Shown here piece after piece: positions 44,997 through 55,291 of a stretch of 64,000 nt of DNA (positions within the stretch are counted from its first letter, which is position 1; every line of letters begins with the position of its first letter). The position numbers and the translations under genes are program-made. The stretch comes from a virus. Its lineage: Duplodnaviria > Heunggongvirae > Uroviricota > Caudoviricetes. The stretch lies in the IMG/VR virus record IMGVR_UViG_3300032242_001414, positions 9,079 through 73,078 of that record. The stretch is one strand, 5' to 3'. A model generated the notes under the pieces. That model was not told the DNA's origin. It saw nothing but the letters and a program-made list of their open reading frames with translations, and did no database searches.

Positions 44997-47900
44997 ATGG
45001 CTGAAGAACAACAACAAGGACAACAAGAACAAGGGAATGTTAGGCAAGAATACAATCTTGGTAGAGTTGGCTTAAACATGGACTCAACTGTTAATCAGAT
45101 TGAGAAAGGTAAGTTAACTTATGCTTTGAATGCTAACTTGGAAAACTTTGATGCTAATTCTGTTAACTATCAGAATGAGCAAGGGAATGTTCATTGCTTA
45201 GATTTTCCTAGTGGTTATCAGCTTATTGGACAACACTTCATTCAAGAAAAAAATAAACATATATTCTTTTTAGCCAATCCTTTAACTGGAGGTTCTGAGA
45301 TAGGGTATATGGATAATAATGATTGTATATATCATACACTATCTACAACTTATCCTGATTTAGGAATTACAGTGAAGGCTAATTCTCCTTGTCTTAATTT
45401 TAGCATTAATCATCCTATTCATAAGTCTGTACATAAGATTACTAACTGCACCACTGAGGTGTATTGGACAGATGGAGTTAATCCTAGAAGATATATAGAT
45501 ATTGAGAATGTTCCATACATTTCAACTATTGGTTCTAATGTTTGTAATGTAATAGCTATTCCTGAACTTGATTGTAATAAATTAAAAATACAACCTAATT
45601 TCAGTATTCCAGAATTAACAATCAATAGTATTGTTAATGAAGGAGAGTTAGTAGCTGGTACATACCAGTTTGCTATTCAGTATTGTAGTGCTCTTGGAGA
45701 TGCATACACATCTTACTACTCAGTAACTAATCCTGTTTCTATTGCTAATCCACAACTCACTACAAATAATTTTAACTATCCTGTAGGTAGATCTATTATA
45801 TTAGATATTAGCAATATAGATATTACAGGTTATTTTGAATATTATAACGTAGCTGTTATTAAAACTATCAATGGTGCTTCCACTGTGCAATTAGTGGGTA
45901 CATATTTCATTGATAAACAAACAAACCAAATAACTTATACAGGTCAAAATAAAACAGAGATATCTCTTTCCACTACAGATATATTCATAAAATATCCTTA
46001 TTATGATATTGCTCAGGATGTAACTAGTGTACAGGATATATTAGTTTGGGATAATTTAACTTCTATAGATAGAGTGAGTTATCAAAAGATTGCTAATCAG
46101 ATTGACTTATTATGGGAAACATATAGAATTCCTTCTAATGAAAACTATGCAGATGGTGTAAATACTGCAAATCTAAGAGGTTATCTTAGAGATGAGGTGT
46201 ATGCATTTGAAATAGTATTCTTATTAAAGAATGGTAAACAAACAGATGGTTTTCATATTCCTGGTAGAACTGCTACAATAGATGATTTAGTGGTGGTTGA
46301 TAAAGTTTCAAATGCTGATTATATTGGAACTGGAACTGAAGCTCCTTATTGGAAGATATATAATACAGCATCTGTAATTGCAAATGCTACAGGACCTAAA
46401 ATTGGAAATGCTACACCATATCAATATGGTCAGTTTGCATATTGGGAATCTACAGAGAAATACCCTTGTAATCCAAATGTTTGGGGAAACCTTGCTGATC
46501 AACCAATCAGACATCATAAGTTCCCAGATGTTCTTGTAAGTCCTATTTTTGAAAGTGGAGCATATACAGTTAGTCCTGATTTTAAACCAGTGATGCAGCA
46601 AAATGCAATCTATCCAATTGGTGTTAAAGTTAGCACAGAACAAATTATTGATTTAATTAACACTTCTGATTTAACTGATAATCAGAAAAATGAGATAGCT
46701 GGATATAAGATTGTTAGAGGAGATAGAGCTACAAACAGTTCTATTGTAGCTAAAGGTATGTTAAGAAATGTTGGTAGATATACAAGAGAAAATCCAAACA
46801 ATGCTAACTCTACGTATTACTATTATGCTAACTATCCATATAATGACTTTAATCCAGATCCTTTCTTATTAGAAAGAAACAATGCTTACAATTCTCAATG
46901 TAAAACTTATAAGATAGAGGCAGGACCTAATGCTGGAACAATCACTTACACTGACTGTTTTACAAATGAACCATCTTCAAGAAGTTTTACAACTTATGAA
47001 GTGTGGAATCAATGTTCTTTAACTGATCCTCAAGTAACAGCAGGAAGTCCAACTATTACAAATCTAACTGCCACAGCTTATTTATTAAGTTGTTTACAGG
47101 TTAATGGGCATACACAATTTCAATATACAGATCCTTCTACATTATCTCCTATTTCAATTAACGTTTATTACGGTAACCCACAAACTGTAAATTCTACAAC
47201 AACTCCTGTAAGAATAAGTGGTTCAGATAAATATGTTGTACAGTTAAATAATAACTATGTAAATACATATTGTGAACCACAACCACTAAATGGATTTCCA
47301 TACACTGATGCACCTGCTAGATATGTATTCAATTCTCCAGAAACTTCTTTTGGACAACCTGTGTTAGGTAACATAATCAAAATGGAGAATGCTATATTTG
47401 GTGCAGGTAGAGCTCATTTTGTAAAGGTTAAAAACAATGCTCAATATAAACTATTAAGTGAACAAGTTCAAGTGGATGCTTTGAATTCAAGTTATAACAT
47501 TGCTAAGATTACAGGAACACTTGATGCAACAGCAATGTTTACAGCTTTCCAAGCATATCTACAACTTTATATAAATGGTATCAATAGAAGAAACTATGCA
47601 TATTCATTTAACTCTATAGCTCAATATGACTATGGAGTTCCTATTGATAATGGTTTAGGAGTTAAACAAAGAGAACTTAGCATCTGTCAATATCTTATTC
47701 CTGGTGTACAATCAGTAGGAGATAATAACAATGTTAACAATTTCCAAAGAGAATCTTCTGTTTATTTGAAGATGTCAAATGAAATTTATGCTCTACCAAG
47801 AGTGGATGACACACCAAATCTTCTTGTAAGTAATGAACGTACAATCACTGATAATTCAAGATTTACAATCTCTCAAAGAGGAAACTGTGCCACTCCAGAA

Positions 47901-49955
47901 ATGCAAGAGGATATTAAGGTGCTATCTTACTATGGATCTATAAAGAACATCTTTGTAAATCAATGGGGACAGATGTATTCTTATCAAACAATTGATACAG
48001 GATTCCAAAGAATATTCAGCACTTACTCAAGTGCTCAACCAGATGTAGCATTTGGTGGAGATACATTCATTGGTAAGTTTGCTTATAAAACAAAACTTCC
48101 TTTCTTTATTGATAATAGAGTGAATGCTCAAGATGATAGTGATGTTTATTATGATGAGATAGGTAATGTAGCCTATCCAAAATATTGGCATTCTTCTAGA
48201 TCAATATTGAGTAACTACATGGCTGGTACAACATTAATGAAGAATATTATATCAGTTAAAGCTCACAACTTTGATTGTCCTAATAATCCAGATATACCAT
48301 CAAGCACTACTAGTAGCACTACAACCTTCCCTGAAGGAGCAGTAACTGTAAGTACAACTAACGCATATTATGATGGTAAGTTCTATTTATTTGCATATGG
48401 TATTCCTTACTTCTATTGTGAATCTTCTATTAATGTAGACTTACGTCAAGCATTTAATAATTTAGAAGGTGATTTCTACCCACACGTGAGCACAGGTATT
48501 CCAGATAACTGGTTACAACAAACTAATGTTCCTATTGCTTTTGATAATACGTACACTTATAATGTAACTTATTCTAGACAAAATACAGAGAATACATTCT
48601 CTCATTTGCCTATAGATTGGTCACCTCAATTATGTTATACAAACTATCCATTTAGAGCTATCTATTCTGAGCAACAATCATCTAATCCTAGCAATAAGGT
48701 GAATAGCTGGTTAAACTATGCTCCTGTAGCATACTTTGATTTCCCTCAGAACTATGGTAAGTTGGTATCTTTAGATGGTATTCAGAATAAAGCCATCATA
48801 GCTAGATTTGAGAATAAGAGCTTCTTATATAATACAATGCTTACGGTTAGAACTAGTAACCCTCAAGCTGCTTATTTAGGTAATGATTCATTATTTAGAA
48901 GTGCCCCTCCAATTGATTTTGCTGAAACAAATCTTGGATACATGGGAACTCAACATAAGTTCTTATTAAAGATTCCTCAAGGACAAGTTTCTATTGATGC
49001 TAAGAGAGGTCAGATATTCTTAATCTCTTTGAACATGTATGGTAGATATGTTCCTAATGATATGACTGCTTTTAGTTCTGGTGTAAATAGGTTTATAACA
49101 GACCATTTACCATTTGAGATTTTAAAATACTATCCTAATGCTAACATAGATAACCACTTCAATGGTATTGGTATACATGGTGTATATGATAGTAAGTATG
49201 ATAGAGTGATTATTAGTAAGTTAGACTACATTCCTCAAATTGAATATAGAGGAGTTATTCTATATGATGAAGCTCTTGACAAGTATTATATAAACAAGCA
49301 TTATGGAACAACAGTTCTTAGACAATATGTAAATCTTACAGACACTCAGTATTTCTGTAACAAGTCTTGGACCTTATCTTTTGATATGAATACTAGCAGT
49401 TGGGTGAGCTTCCATAGCTACATTCCTAACTTCTACATAGCTGAAAATAACTTCTTCTATTCTGGGTTGAATGGAGGTTGTGATTTAGAAGCAATTGCTC
49501 TTCAAGAAATCACCACTACAACTACAACTAGTACATCAACAACAGCAGCACCATGTTGTAACTTAAGTGGTACAGCAGTGTTTGTTCCTGGAGTGTGTGA
49601 AACTGATGGTACAGCAATATCTGTAGGTCCTTGTGATTTAGATGGTAAAGCAAATGCTTCAATAACCACAACAACCACCACCACTACATTACCTCCTCTT
49701 GATTTTAGTACATCTTATGGTTGTGATTTTGGTAATATTACTGTTAACTCAACAAGTACATCAGGTGGAGTTCCTCCTTATTTTTATGGAACAACATATT
49801 TTTTATCAGAATCAGAAGCTTTAGCAAATGAAAGTTGGGTAGAAGCTAGTTCAATTGGTTATGGTGTAGGTGTTACTAATGGTACATATTGGATAGTAGC
49901 AAAAGATAGTGTTAACACTTTAAAAGCTAAAAGTGTAACAACAGGGTGTTTTTAA
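44997..49955 (+). CDS. giant structural protein (1652 aa) with Thr-rich linkers and C-terminal SprB-like repeat; putative tail/adhesin
   Basis: Uninterrupted 4.96 kb ORF; linkers SSTTSSTTTF, EITTTTTTSTSTTAAPCC, ASITTTTTTTTLPPL; C-terminal YGCDFGNITVNSTSTSGGVPPYFYGTTYF fits the SprB repeat pattern (C.G...i.v...GG.PPY.Y). Confidence 0.65.
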   Translation: MAEEQQQGQQEQGNVRQEYNLGRVGLNMDSTVNQIEKGKLTYALNANLENFDANSVNYQNEQGNVHCLDFPSGYQLIGQHFIQEKNKHIFFLANPLTGGSEIGYMDNNDCIYHTLSTTYPDLGITVKANSPCLNFSINHPIHKSVHKITNCTTEVYWTDGVNPRRYIDIENVPYISTIGSNVCNVIAIPELDCNKLKIQPNFSIPELTINSIVNEGELVAGTYQFAIQYCSALGDAYTSYYSVTNPVSIANPQLTTNNFNYPVGRSIILDISNIDITGYFEYYNVAVIKTINGASTVQLVGTYFIDKQTNQITYTGQNKTEISLSTTDIFIKYPYYDIAQDVTSVQDILVWDNLTSIDRVSYQKIANQIDLLWETYRIPSNENYADGVNTANLRGYLRDEVYAFEIVFLLKNGKQTDGFHIPGRTATIDDLVVVDKVSNADYIGTGTEAPYWKIYNTASVIANATGPKIGNATPYQYGQFAYWESTEKYPCNPNVWGNLADQPIRHHKFPDVLVSPIFESGAYTVSPDFKPVMQQNAIYPIGVKVSTEQIIDLINTSDLTDNQKNEIAGYKIVRGDRATNSSIVAKGMLRNVGRYTRENPNNANSTYYYYANYPYNDFNPDPFLLERNNAYNSQCKTYKIEAGPNAGTITYTDCFTNEPSSRSFTTYEVWNQCSLTDPQVTAGSPTITNLTATAYLLSCLQVNGHTQFQYTDPSTLSPISINVYYGNPQTVNSTTTPVRISGSDKYVVQLNNNYVNTYCEPQPLNGFPYTDAPARYVFNSPETSFGQPVLGNIIKMENAIFGAGRAHFVKVKNNAQYKLLSEQVQVDALNSSYNIAKITGTLDATAMFTAFQAYLQLYINGINRRNYAYSFNSIAQYDYGVPIDNGLGVKQRELSICQYLIPGVQSVGDNNNVNNFQRESSVYLKMSNEIYALPRVDDTPNLLVSNERTITDNSRFTISQRGNCATPEMQEDIKVLSYYGSIKNIFVNQWGQMYSYQTIDTGFQRIFSTYSSAQPDVAFGGDTFIGKFAYKTKLPFFIDNRVNAQDDSDVYYDEIGNVAYPKYWHSSRSILSNYMAGTTLMKNIISVKAHNFDCPNNPDIPSSTTSSTTTFPEGAVTVSTTNAYYDGKFYLFAYGIPYFYCESSINVDLRQAFNNLEGDFYPHVSTGIPDNWLQQTNVPIAFDNTYTYNVTYSRQNTENTFSHLPIDWSPQLCYTNYPFRAIYSEQQSSNPSNKVNSWLNYAPVAYFDFPQNYGKLVSLDGIQNKAIIARFENKSFLYNTMLTVRTSNPQAAYLGNDSLFRSAPPIDFAETNLGYMGTQHKFLLKIPQGQVSIDAKRGQIFLISLNMYGRYVPNDMTAFSSGVNRFITDHLPFEILKYYPNANIDNHFNGIGIHGVYDSKYDRVIISKLDYIPQIEYRGVILYDEALDKYYINKHYGTTVLRQYVNLTDTQYFCNKSWTLSFDMNTSSWVSFHSYIPNFYIAENNFFYSGLNGGCDLEAIALQEITTTTTTSTSTTAAPCCNLSGTAVFVPGVCETDGTAISVGPCDLDGKANASITTTTTTTTLPPLDFSTSYGCDFGNITVNSTSTSGGVPPYFYGTTYFLSESEALANESWVEASSIGYGVGVTNGTYWIVAKDSVNTLKAKSVTTGCF

Positions 49956-49970
49956 TTGTAAATATATAAG

Positions 49971-50834
49971 ATGGCAAAAACAATAATCATAAAATTAATA
50001 AAGGCTGGAAGCAGAACAGGACCATTTGACATCATTGATCAATATGGAGAAACATTAGTTACAGGAGTAACTAAGCAACAGCTTATTGATGGATATGCAT
50101 TAAATGTAGATAATAGTTCTACCATGGTTATATTACAATCCACTGGTAGATGTCATACATTAGTAGAATTACACATTACTCAGGCTACAGAAGCAGAGAT
50201 AGCTGCCATAATTTATACACCTTATAATACAGGTAGTATATGGACACATTTGAAAGACATAACTGTTTATAATAAGTATTACGATAATATAGAACCATTT
50301 ATACTAGAATACCCATTTGCTTACCTATCTTATGATGAAATCCTTCAGAATGTTAAGGATTATACAAGAGCAATCAAGTATCTACCTAGTACCACTGGAT
50401 CATATAATGATAATGCAGCTATAGAAGTGAATGGTTATTTTAATAAAGCTATTTTATATAATGGTCAACAATGTTCAGGATTATTGTTGTTAGTTCCAAA
50501 ACCTTTACGTAACTTGCAACAATATTTGACCTATCCTATATATAATGCAGATAGTAAGACTATCACTTATGCTAAGTCTGATGGCTTCTATCAATACAAC
50601 ACTTTCTGGGGATTAGTTAAAGATAAAACTGTACCTTTGTTTAATACTACTTGTGAGTCATTATCCATAGATAAAGTTCTAAATCAAGCTAATATGGATT
50701 ATGGAAAAAGATCATATAAGAAAGAACCTCTAAGAGCTAAATTCTTAAAGGTTAGACACATACTGGATGACAAATCTGATTTACATTTAGTTAGTGGATT
50801 TATTGTTACACCTGCTGAAATATCTTACAAGTAA
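49971..50834 (+). CDS. tail fiber-like protein (287 aa), N-terminal domain paralogous to 40732..41379
   Basis: AGSRTGPFDIIDQYGETLVTGVTKQQLIDGYALNV...ILQSTGRCHTLVELHIT aligns with the 40732 product N-terminus. Confidence 0.5.
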   Translation: MAKTIIIKLIKAGSRTGPFDIIDQYGETLVTGVTKQQLIDGYALNVDNSSTMVILQSTGRCHTLVELHITQATEAEIAAIIYTPYNTGSIWTHLKDITVYNKYYDNIEPFILEYPFAYLSYDEILQNVKDYTRAIKYLPSTTGSYNDNAAIEVNGYFNKAILYNGQQCSGLLLLVPKPLRNLQQYLTYPIYNADSKTITYAKSDGFYQYNTFWGLVKDKTVPLFNTTCESLSIDKVLNQANMDYGKRSYKKEPLRAKFLKVRHILDDKSDLHLVSGFIVTPAEISYK

Positions 50835-53800
50835 TGGCAAAAAGTTTAACACCAAAAAAAGCTAGAGAAATATTACATGACAAATCTGTTCATGGACATC
50901 CTCTTACAGACAAGCAAAGAAGATTCTTTGGTGCTATGTCTAATATGGAATCTGGTGGATGGTTAGATAAATATGCAGATGGTGGAAACATAGTTGGTCC
51001 TAAAGCTGCTCCAATAAGAATTAATGGAACAGAAGTGTTTGAACATGGTGAAGATACAGCAACAGCAGACAAAGAAGAGAATGGAGTGAATCCAACTAAT
51101 TTAACTAAGAAAGGAGTTAAGTATGCAGAGAGTGTAGGACAAGAAGCATTAAAAAGAGGAAAGAAAGCTGTTATCACTAGTGATGTACAAAGAGCAAAAG
51201 AAACAGCAGATGTTATTGGACAAACAGCAGACTTGCCTGTATACAACAATCCTATATTAAGAACATGGGATATTGGTGAATATGATGGAGCTCCTGAAGG
51301 AAGCTTTAAAGAAAAGCAATGGGCTAGTAAATCTAGCACTCCTGTTCCTGGTGGAGAATCATTTGATAGCTTCAAAGCTAGAATGGAGAAAGCTTTTGAG
51401 TTTGCAGAAACTGCTCCTAAAGATGCTGATATTGTAACACATAGTAAAGTGACTAGAGCATTTAAAGCTCTTCATGACACAGATGGTAAATGGACTGATA
51501 AAACTACTAAGAAGTTTTTAAATATTAAAAATGAGGCTAAAGCTAAAGAAGGAGTTTTATTACAGAAGAAACAAGATAATTATGGTAAACAGGCTAACTA
51601 CAATGATAATCAAACATCTGTAGGTCCTGGATTTGTAGGTATGGGTAACAATCTTAAAGGTAGAGACTATTCTCCTGCATGGGGTGGACAGTTTCAGAAT
51701 GGTGGAGGTATACCTACTGATAAAAGAAGTCAAGAGTTTTATAATACATTAAAAGATTATTACACTGCTCCTGATAGAACTGAAGCAGAAAAAGCAAGCT
51801 ATGCTGCTTTCCAAAGACTTAATGAAGCTCATGGATATGCTCCAGTAGCTGTAAAAGAACGTACAATTGCAGGAAAACGCTCAATGATAAATCCATTTAC
51901 TGGAAGACTTAACTTAGTTGCAGAAACTGATCCTAATGTTGGAGAAATTGAATCTACTCCTCAAAAGTTAATGGAGCAGTATATGAATGAATATAGTCAT
52001 TATCAACAATATAATGAACATCCTGAAGAATCAAGATTAGAAAAAACAGGTAGATTCTTGGGTCATATGGCTACAGACTTTGGTCAAATGCTTAAAAATA
52101 CTAAAGGTCTTAACTTTGGAAAAGCATATGATAAGAACTATTTCACTCCTGGTACAACAGAATATGAAGCACATCAAGTGATTCAACCTAAATTACAAAA
52201 TGAGTGGGCAAACTACTATGGTCAAGAGTGGACAAAGAATAGAAATAAATTACAAATGGGTGGAAGTATGCCAGGTGCTGTAGGATTCACATACGCACGT
52301 ACAGCTGGAGCTGCTCCTGCTAATGGTAAGTATGCTAAGAAAACTAAAGCAAGTGCTCAGAATGGTAAGGAAATGAGTTTCTATCAACAAGGATTAGATT
52401 TCACTCCTAAGACTATAAGTAAGAATGGTTCTGTGATTAAAGATGATATGGGTCAATGGGCACACCCAGGTGAGGTTACAGAGATTAATTCTAACAACAT
52501 CACAATGGAAGGTGTAGACTATCCTGTACTTGGTGTATCTGATACAGGAGATACAAAGCTTATGCAACCTGACCAGAACTATAAGTTCAAGGGTAAGAAG
52601 GTTACAGAATACCCAATGGCTCAAACTGGTATTACAATGGGAGTTGAGTCTGGAACATATCAACCCACTTCTAAAGTTGCTACAAAAGAAGAGATTAAAG
52701 CAGCTAAGATGCAGGCAATGAGAGATAGGCAAGGGTATATAAAAACTGCAGAACCAGAAGAATCTACATTATCTAGAGCTTGGAATATTGCTACTCATCC
52801 AATGACAGCTTTATCATATAAAATACATGGTAGAGATATTCCTGAACACTTTGAAAGAGGTGAACAGAATATACTAGAACATGCTACTAATATTGTTAAT
52901 CCATTTGGTTATATTGATGCAGCTGCTTCTATTCCTGGTAATCTAGCTAAAGGAGAATTTATTAATGCTGGATTAAATGCAGCTACAATACTTCCTTTAT
53001 TATCAGAAGCAAGAGGTTTACCAAGAACAAATCTTAGTTCAGTTCAACCTATAGAGGGAGTTGTTAGTAAAGCAGGAATTCCTGATCCAACAGGTTTTGT
53101 AGATGCCATGTTTCCAAAATTAGATCCTTTAAAATTACTTGGGGGTCAATCAGATATTATGGAATTTAGTCCATTAAATTATCTTCCTGGATATGGAAAT
53201 AAACTAGGTGGAAACAGACAAGCATTTAGAAAGTTTGGAAACTCTATACAAGATGTTATAGAAAGAAAAGCATTAAGCCCTAAAGGTGGATCTAAATTTA
53301 GACTTGGAAGAGATCAAATAACTAATGAGGGAAACTGGGCTGCTATGGGTGAACCAGCTGAAAATTATCAAGGTGTATTTGAAGCTACATTTGATTTGAA
53401 TCATCCTGAATCAAATCTTTCAGCACAACATATCCCTAATAGAAATGGTGTGTTAATGATGGATAAATATGGAAGACCAATTGTTGATATACCATTATCA
53501 GAACCATCAATGTCATTTAATAGAAGACTTCCTTTCTCTACAAGATATGTACCTATTGATAAACAAAAGTTAATAAACAATCAATTTCAACTTGCAACAT
53601 TTGCTCCTCATACACAAAGTCTTGTTGAAAAATATGGATTAGGATTAGGAGTTGCAAATTTAATGGGAAAGGGTGCTGTAGATACATATAATAAATATAC
53701 TATAGATCCTATTATTAATATAAGTAATAAAATAGAATCAGATTCTACTAAGAAAAAAAGTGGGGGATGGTTAGATAAGTATAAAGCTCAGGATGGTACA

Positions 53801-55273
53801 GAAATTCCAGAAGGAATGACTTTACCTACAGTTACTGTTACTTCTAGTAAACCTTCTGTATGGGGACATATGAAGTTTGCTCCATATGATCCTAGTAAAG
53901 CTGAAACTACTATATCACAATGGAATCCTAAACCTGGTGAAAGAGAAGCATTAGCTGCTGCAGAACAAGCTAGAAAAGATGAAGCAAATAGTTGGTATAA
54001 TAATAAACATATCAAAGCTTTTCGTAATAGTGCTTTTATGGACCCTACGGCTTTAGGCACAGCAACTGCTGCTGCATTACTTGGTCCAGAAATTATTGCT
54101 GCTGCTCCATATATAGCACCAGCATTGGAAACTCCTATAGCAGGTGTTGCAGGATTAACAGGAACTAATATTCTTGGTGCAGCTGCTGCTTATCAAGGAC
54201 TTGAAAATCTTCCTAATACAGCACAATCTGTAAAGACAGCTTATCAAAATCCTACTTGGAATAATATAGCAACTGCTACATCAGATGTTGCTTGGAATGC
54301 TCTTGATTTAGCTCCTGTTGTATCTACTGTAGCTAAAGAAACAAAACCATTCTTAGGTTCTAAAGTATCATTTAATAATTCTTTACAATCAGTAGAAAAT
54401 TCAGAACTACCAAAATTATCAATAGCAGAAGGTAATGTTTTAAAAAATGAATTACCACTTAACAATCAAATATCTAGATCTGAACTTAATGCGATGATTA
54501 AAAGAGAAAGTGATTGGTTAAATAGTGATGAATACTTAAGAAGAAGAATGGCTAACACAGGAGAAACTGAAGCACAAGTAAAAGCAGCAGTTGATAAGTA
54601 TCATGACAAAATTAAAAAAACTGAAATTGTTGTAGGAGATACAAAAGATCCAGCAACTTATGGATATTATAATCTTGGTAAAACTGAAAATCCAAAAATA
54701 GTAATAGGTGAGCATTTAACTAGAGATGAGGCATTAGCTACAGCTGACCATGAAATTAAACATGCAATGGGGCAAAGTTCTGGATTTTATGAAAAGTCTG
54801 ATATTGCTGCTAAGTATAAAAACTATCCAACAATTAAAGTGGGAAATTGGTTTCAAAGAAATGTACCAGGTCTTGGTAAAGTAGCAGATCATATGGTATA
54901 TTTAAACAAAGGAGAGGAACAACAAGTTAGAGCATTAAAATTATTAGATCTTATAGAAGAATCGGAAGGAATTCCTAGAGGAACTCAATTAACTCAAAAA
55001 GACCTTACATCTTTTGTAAATAAACATAAACCTGGAACAGAAGCTGGTGAAAATTTTATTAAGATTCATGGTGATGTAAATGATTTAATACAAAATGTTG
55101 CTAAAAAATATGGCAAAGATGTTAAAAATACACCACGTAAAAGACTATTAGATTTTCTAAATAAAGCTTATGTTTTACCTGGAGCAGCTGTAGTAGGTGG
55201 GGCAGGATTAATAAATAATGAATCATCTAATGATAAACAAAAAAACGGTGGCTGGTTAGATAAATATAAATAA
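50834..55273 (+). CDS. giant virion-module protein (1479 aa) with three GGWLDKY motifs and an HExxH motif
   Basis: ESGGWLDKYADGG (res ~40), KSGGWLDKYKAQDG (~980), KNGGWLDKYK at the exact C-terminus; TADHEIKHAMGQ (HExxH) near res ~1290. Confidence 0.65.
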   Translation: MAKSLTPKKAREILHDKSVHGHPLTDKQRRFFGAMSNMESGGWLDKYADGGNIVGPKAAPIRINGTEVFEHGEDTATADKEENGVNPTNLTKKGVKYAESVGQEALKRGKKAVITSDVQRAKETADVIGQTADLPVYNNPILRTWDIGEYDGAPEGSFKEKQWASKSSTPVPGGESFDSFKARMEKAFEFAETAPKDADIVTHSKVTRAFKALHDTDGKWTDKTTKKFLNIKNEAKAKEGVLLQKKQDNYGKQANYNDNQTSVGPGFVGMGNNLKGRDYSPAWGGQFQNGGGIPTDKRSQEFYNTLKDYYTAPDRTEAEKASYAAFQRLNEAHGYAPVAVKERTIAGKRSMINPFTGRLNLVAETDPNVGEIESTPQKLMEQYMNEYSHYQQYNEHPEESRLEKTGRFLGHMATDFGQMLKNTKGLNFGKAYDKNYFTPGTTEYEAHQVIQPKLQNEWANYYGQEWTKNRNKLQMGGSMPGAVGFTYARTAGAAPANGKYAKKTKASAQNGKEMSFYQQGLDFTPKTISKNGSVIKDDMGQWAHPGEVTEINSNNITMEGVDYPVLGVSDTGDTKLMQPDQNYKFKGKKVTEYPMAQTGITMGVESGTYQPTSKVATKEEIKAAKMQAMRDRQGYIKTAEPEESTLSRAWNIATHPMTALSYKIHGRDIPEHFERGEQNILEHATNIVNPFGYIDAAASIPGNLAKGEFINAGLNAATILPLLSEARGLPRTNLSSVQPIEGVVSKAGIPDPTGFVDAMFPKLDPLKLLGGQSDIMEFSPLNYLPGYGNKLGGNRQAFRKFGNSIQDVIERKALSPKGGSKFRLGRDQITNEGNWAAMGEPAENYQGVFEATFDLNHPESNLSAQHIPNRNGVLMMDKYGRPIVDIPLSEPSMSFNRRLPFSTRYVPIDKQKLINNQFQLATFAPHTQSLVEKYGLGLGVANLMGKGAVDTYNKYTIDPIINISNKIESDSTKKKSGGWLDKYKAQDGTEIPEGMTLPTVTVTSSKPSVWGHMKFAPYDPSKAETTISQWNPKPGEREALAAAEQARKDEANSWYNNKHIKAFRNSAFMDPTALGTATAAALLGPEIIAAAPYIAPALETPIAGVAGLTGTNILGAAAAYQGLENLPNTAQSVKTAYQNPTWNNIATATSDVAWNALDLAPVVSTVAKETKPFLGSKVSFNNSLQSVENSELPKLSIAEGNVLKNELPLNNQISRSELNAMIKRESDWLNSDEYLRRRMANTGETEAQVKAAVDKYHDKIKKTEIVVGDTKDPATYGYYNLGKTENPKIVIGEHLTRDEALATADHEIKHAMGQSSGFYEKSDIAAKYKNYPTIKVGNWFQRNVPGLGKVADHMVYLNKGEEQQVRALKLLDLIEESEGIPRGTQLTQKDLTSFVNKHKPGTEAGENFIKIHGDVNDLIQNVAKKYGKDVKNTPRKRLLDFLNKAYVLPGAAVVGGAGLINNESSNDKQKNGGWLDKYK

Positions 55274-55291
55274 ATCATACAAAAGTTCAAT

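Noticed and set aside
40732-50834. Considered a diversity-generating retroelement because two fibre genes share a domain
   Set aside because: No reverse transcriptase in the window, and the shared region is at the N-terminus and diverged at DNA level; no template/variable near-repeat pair.
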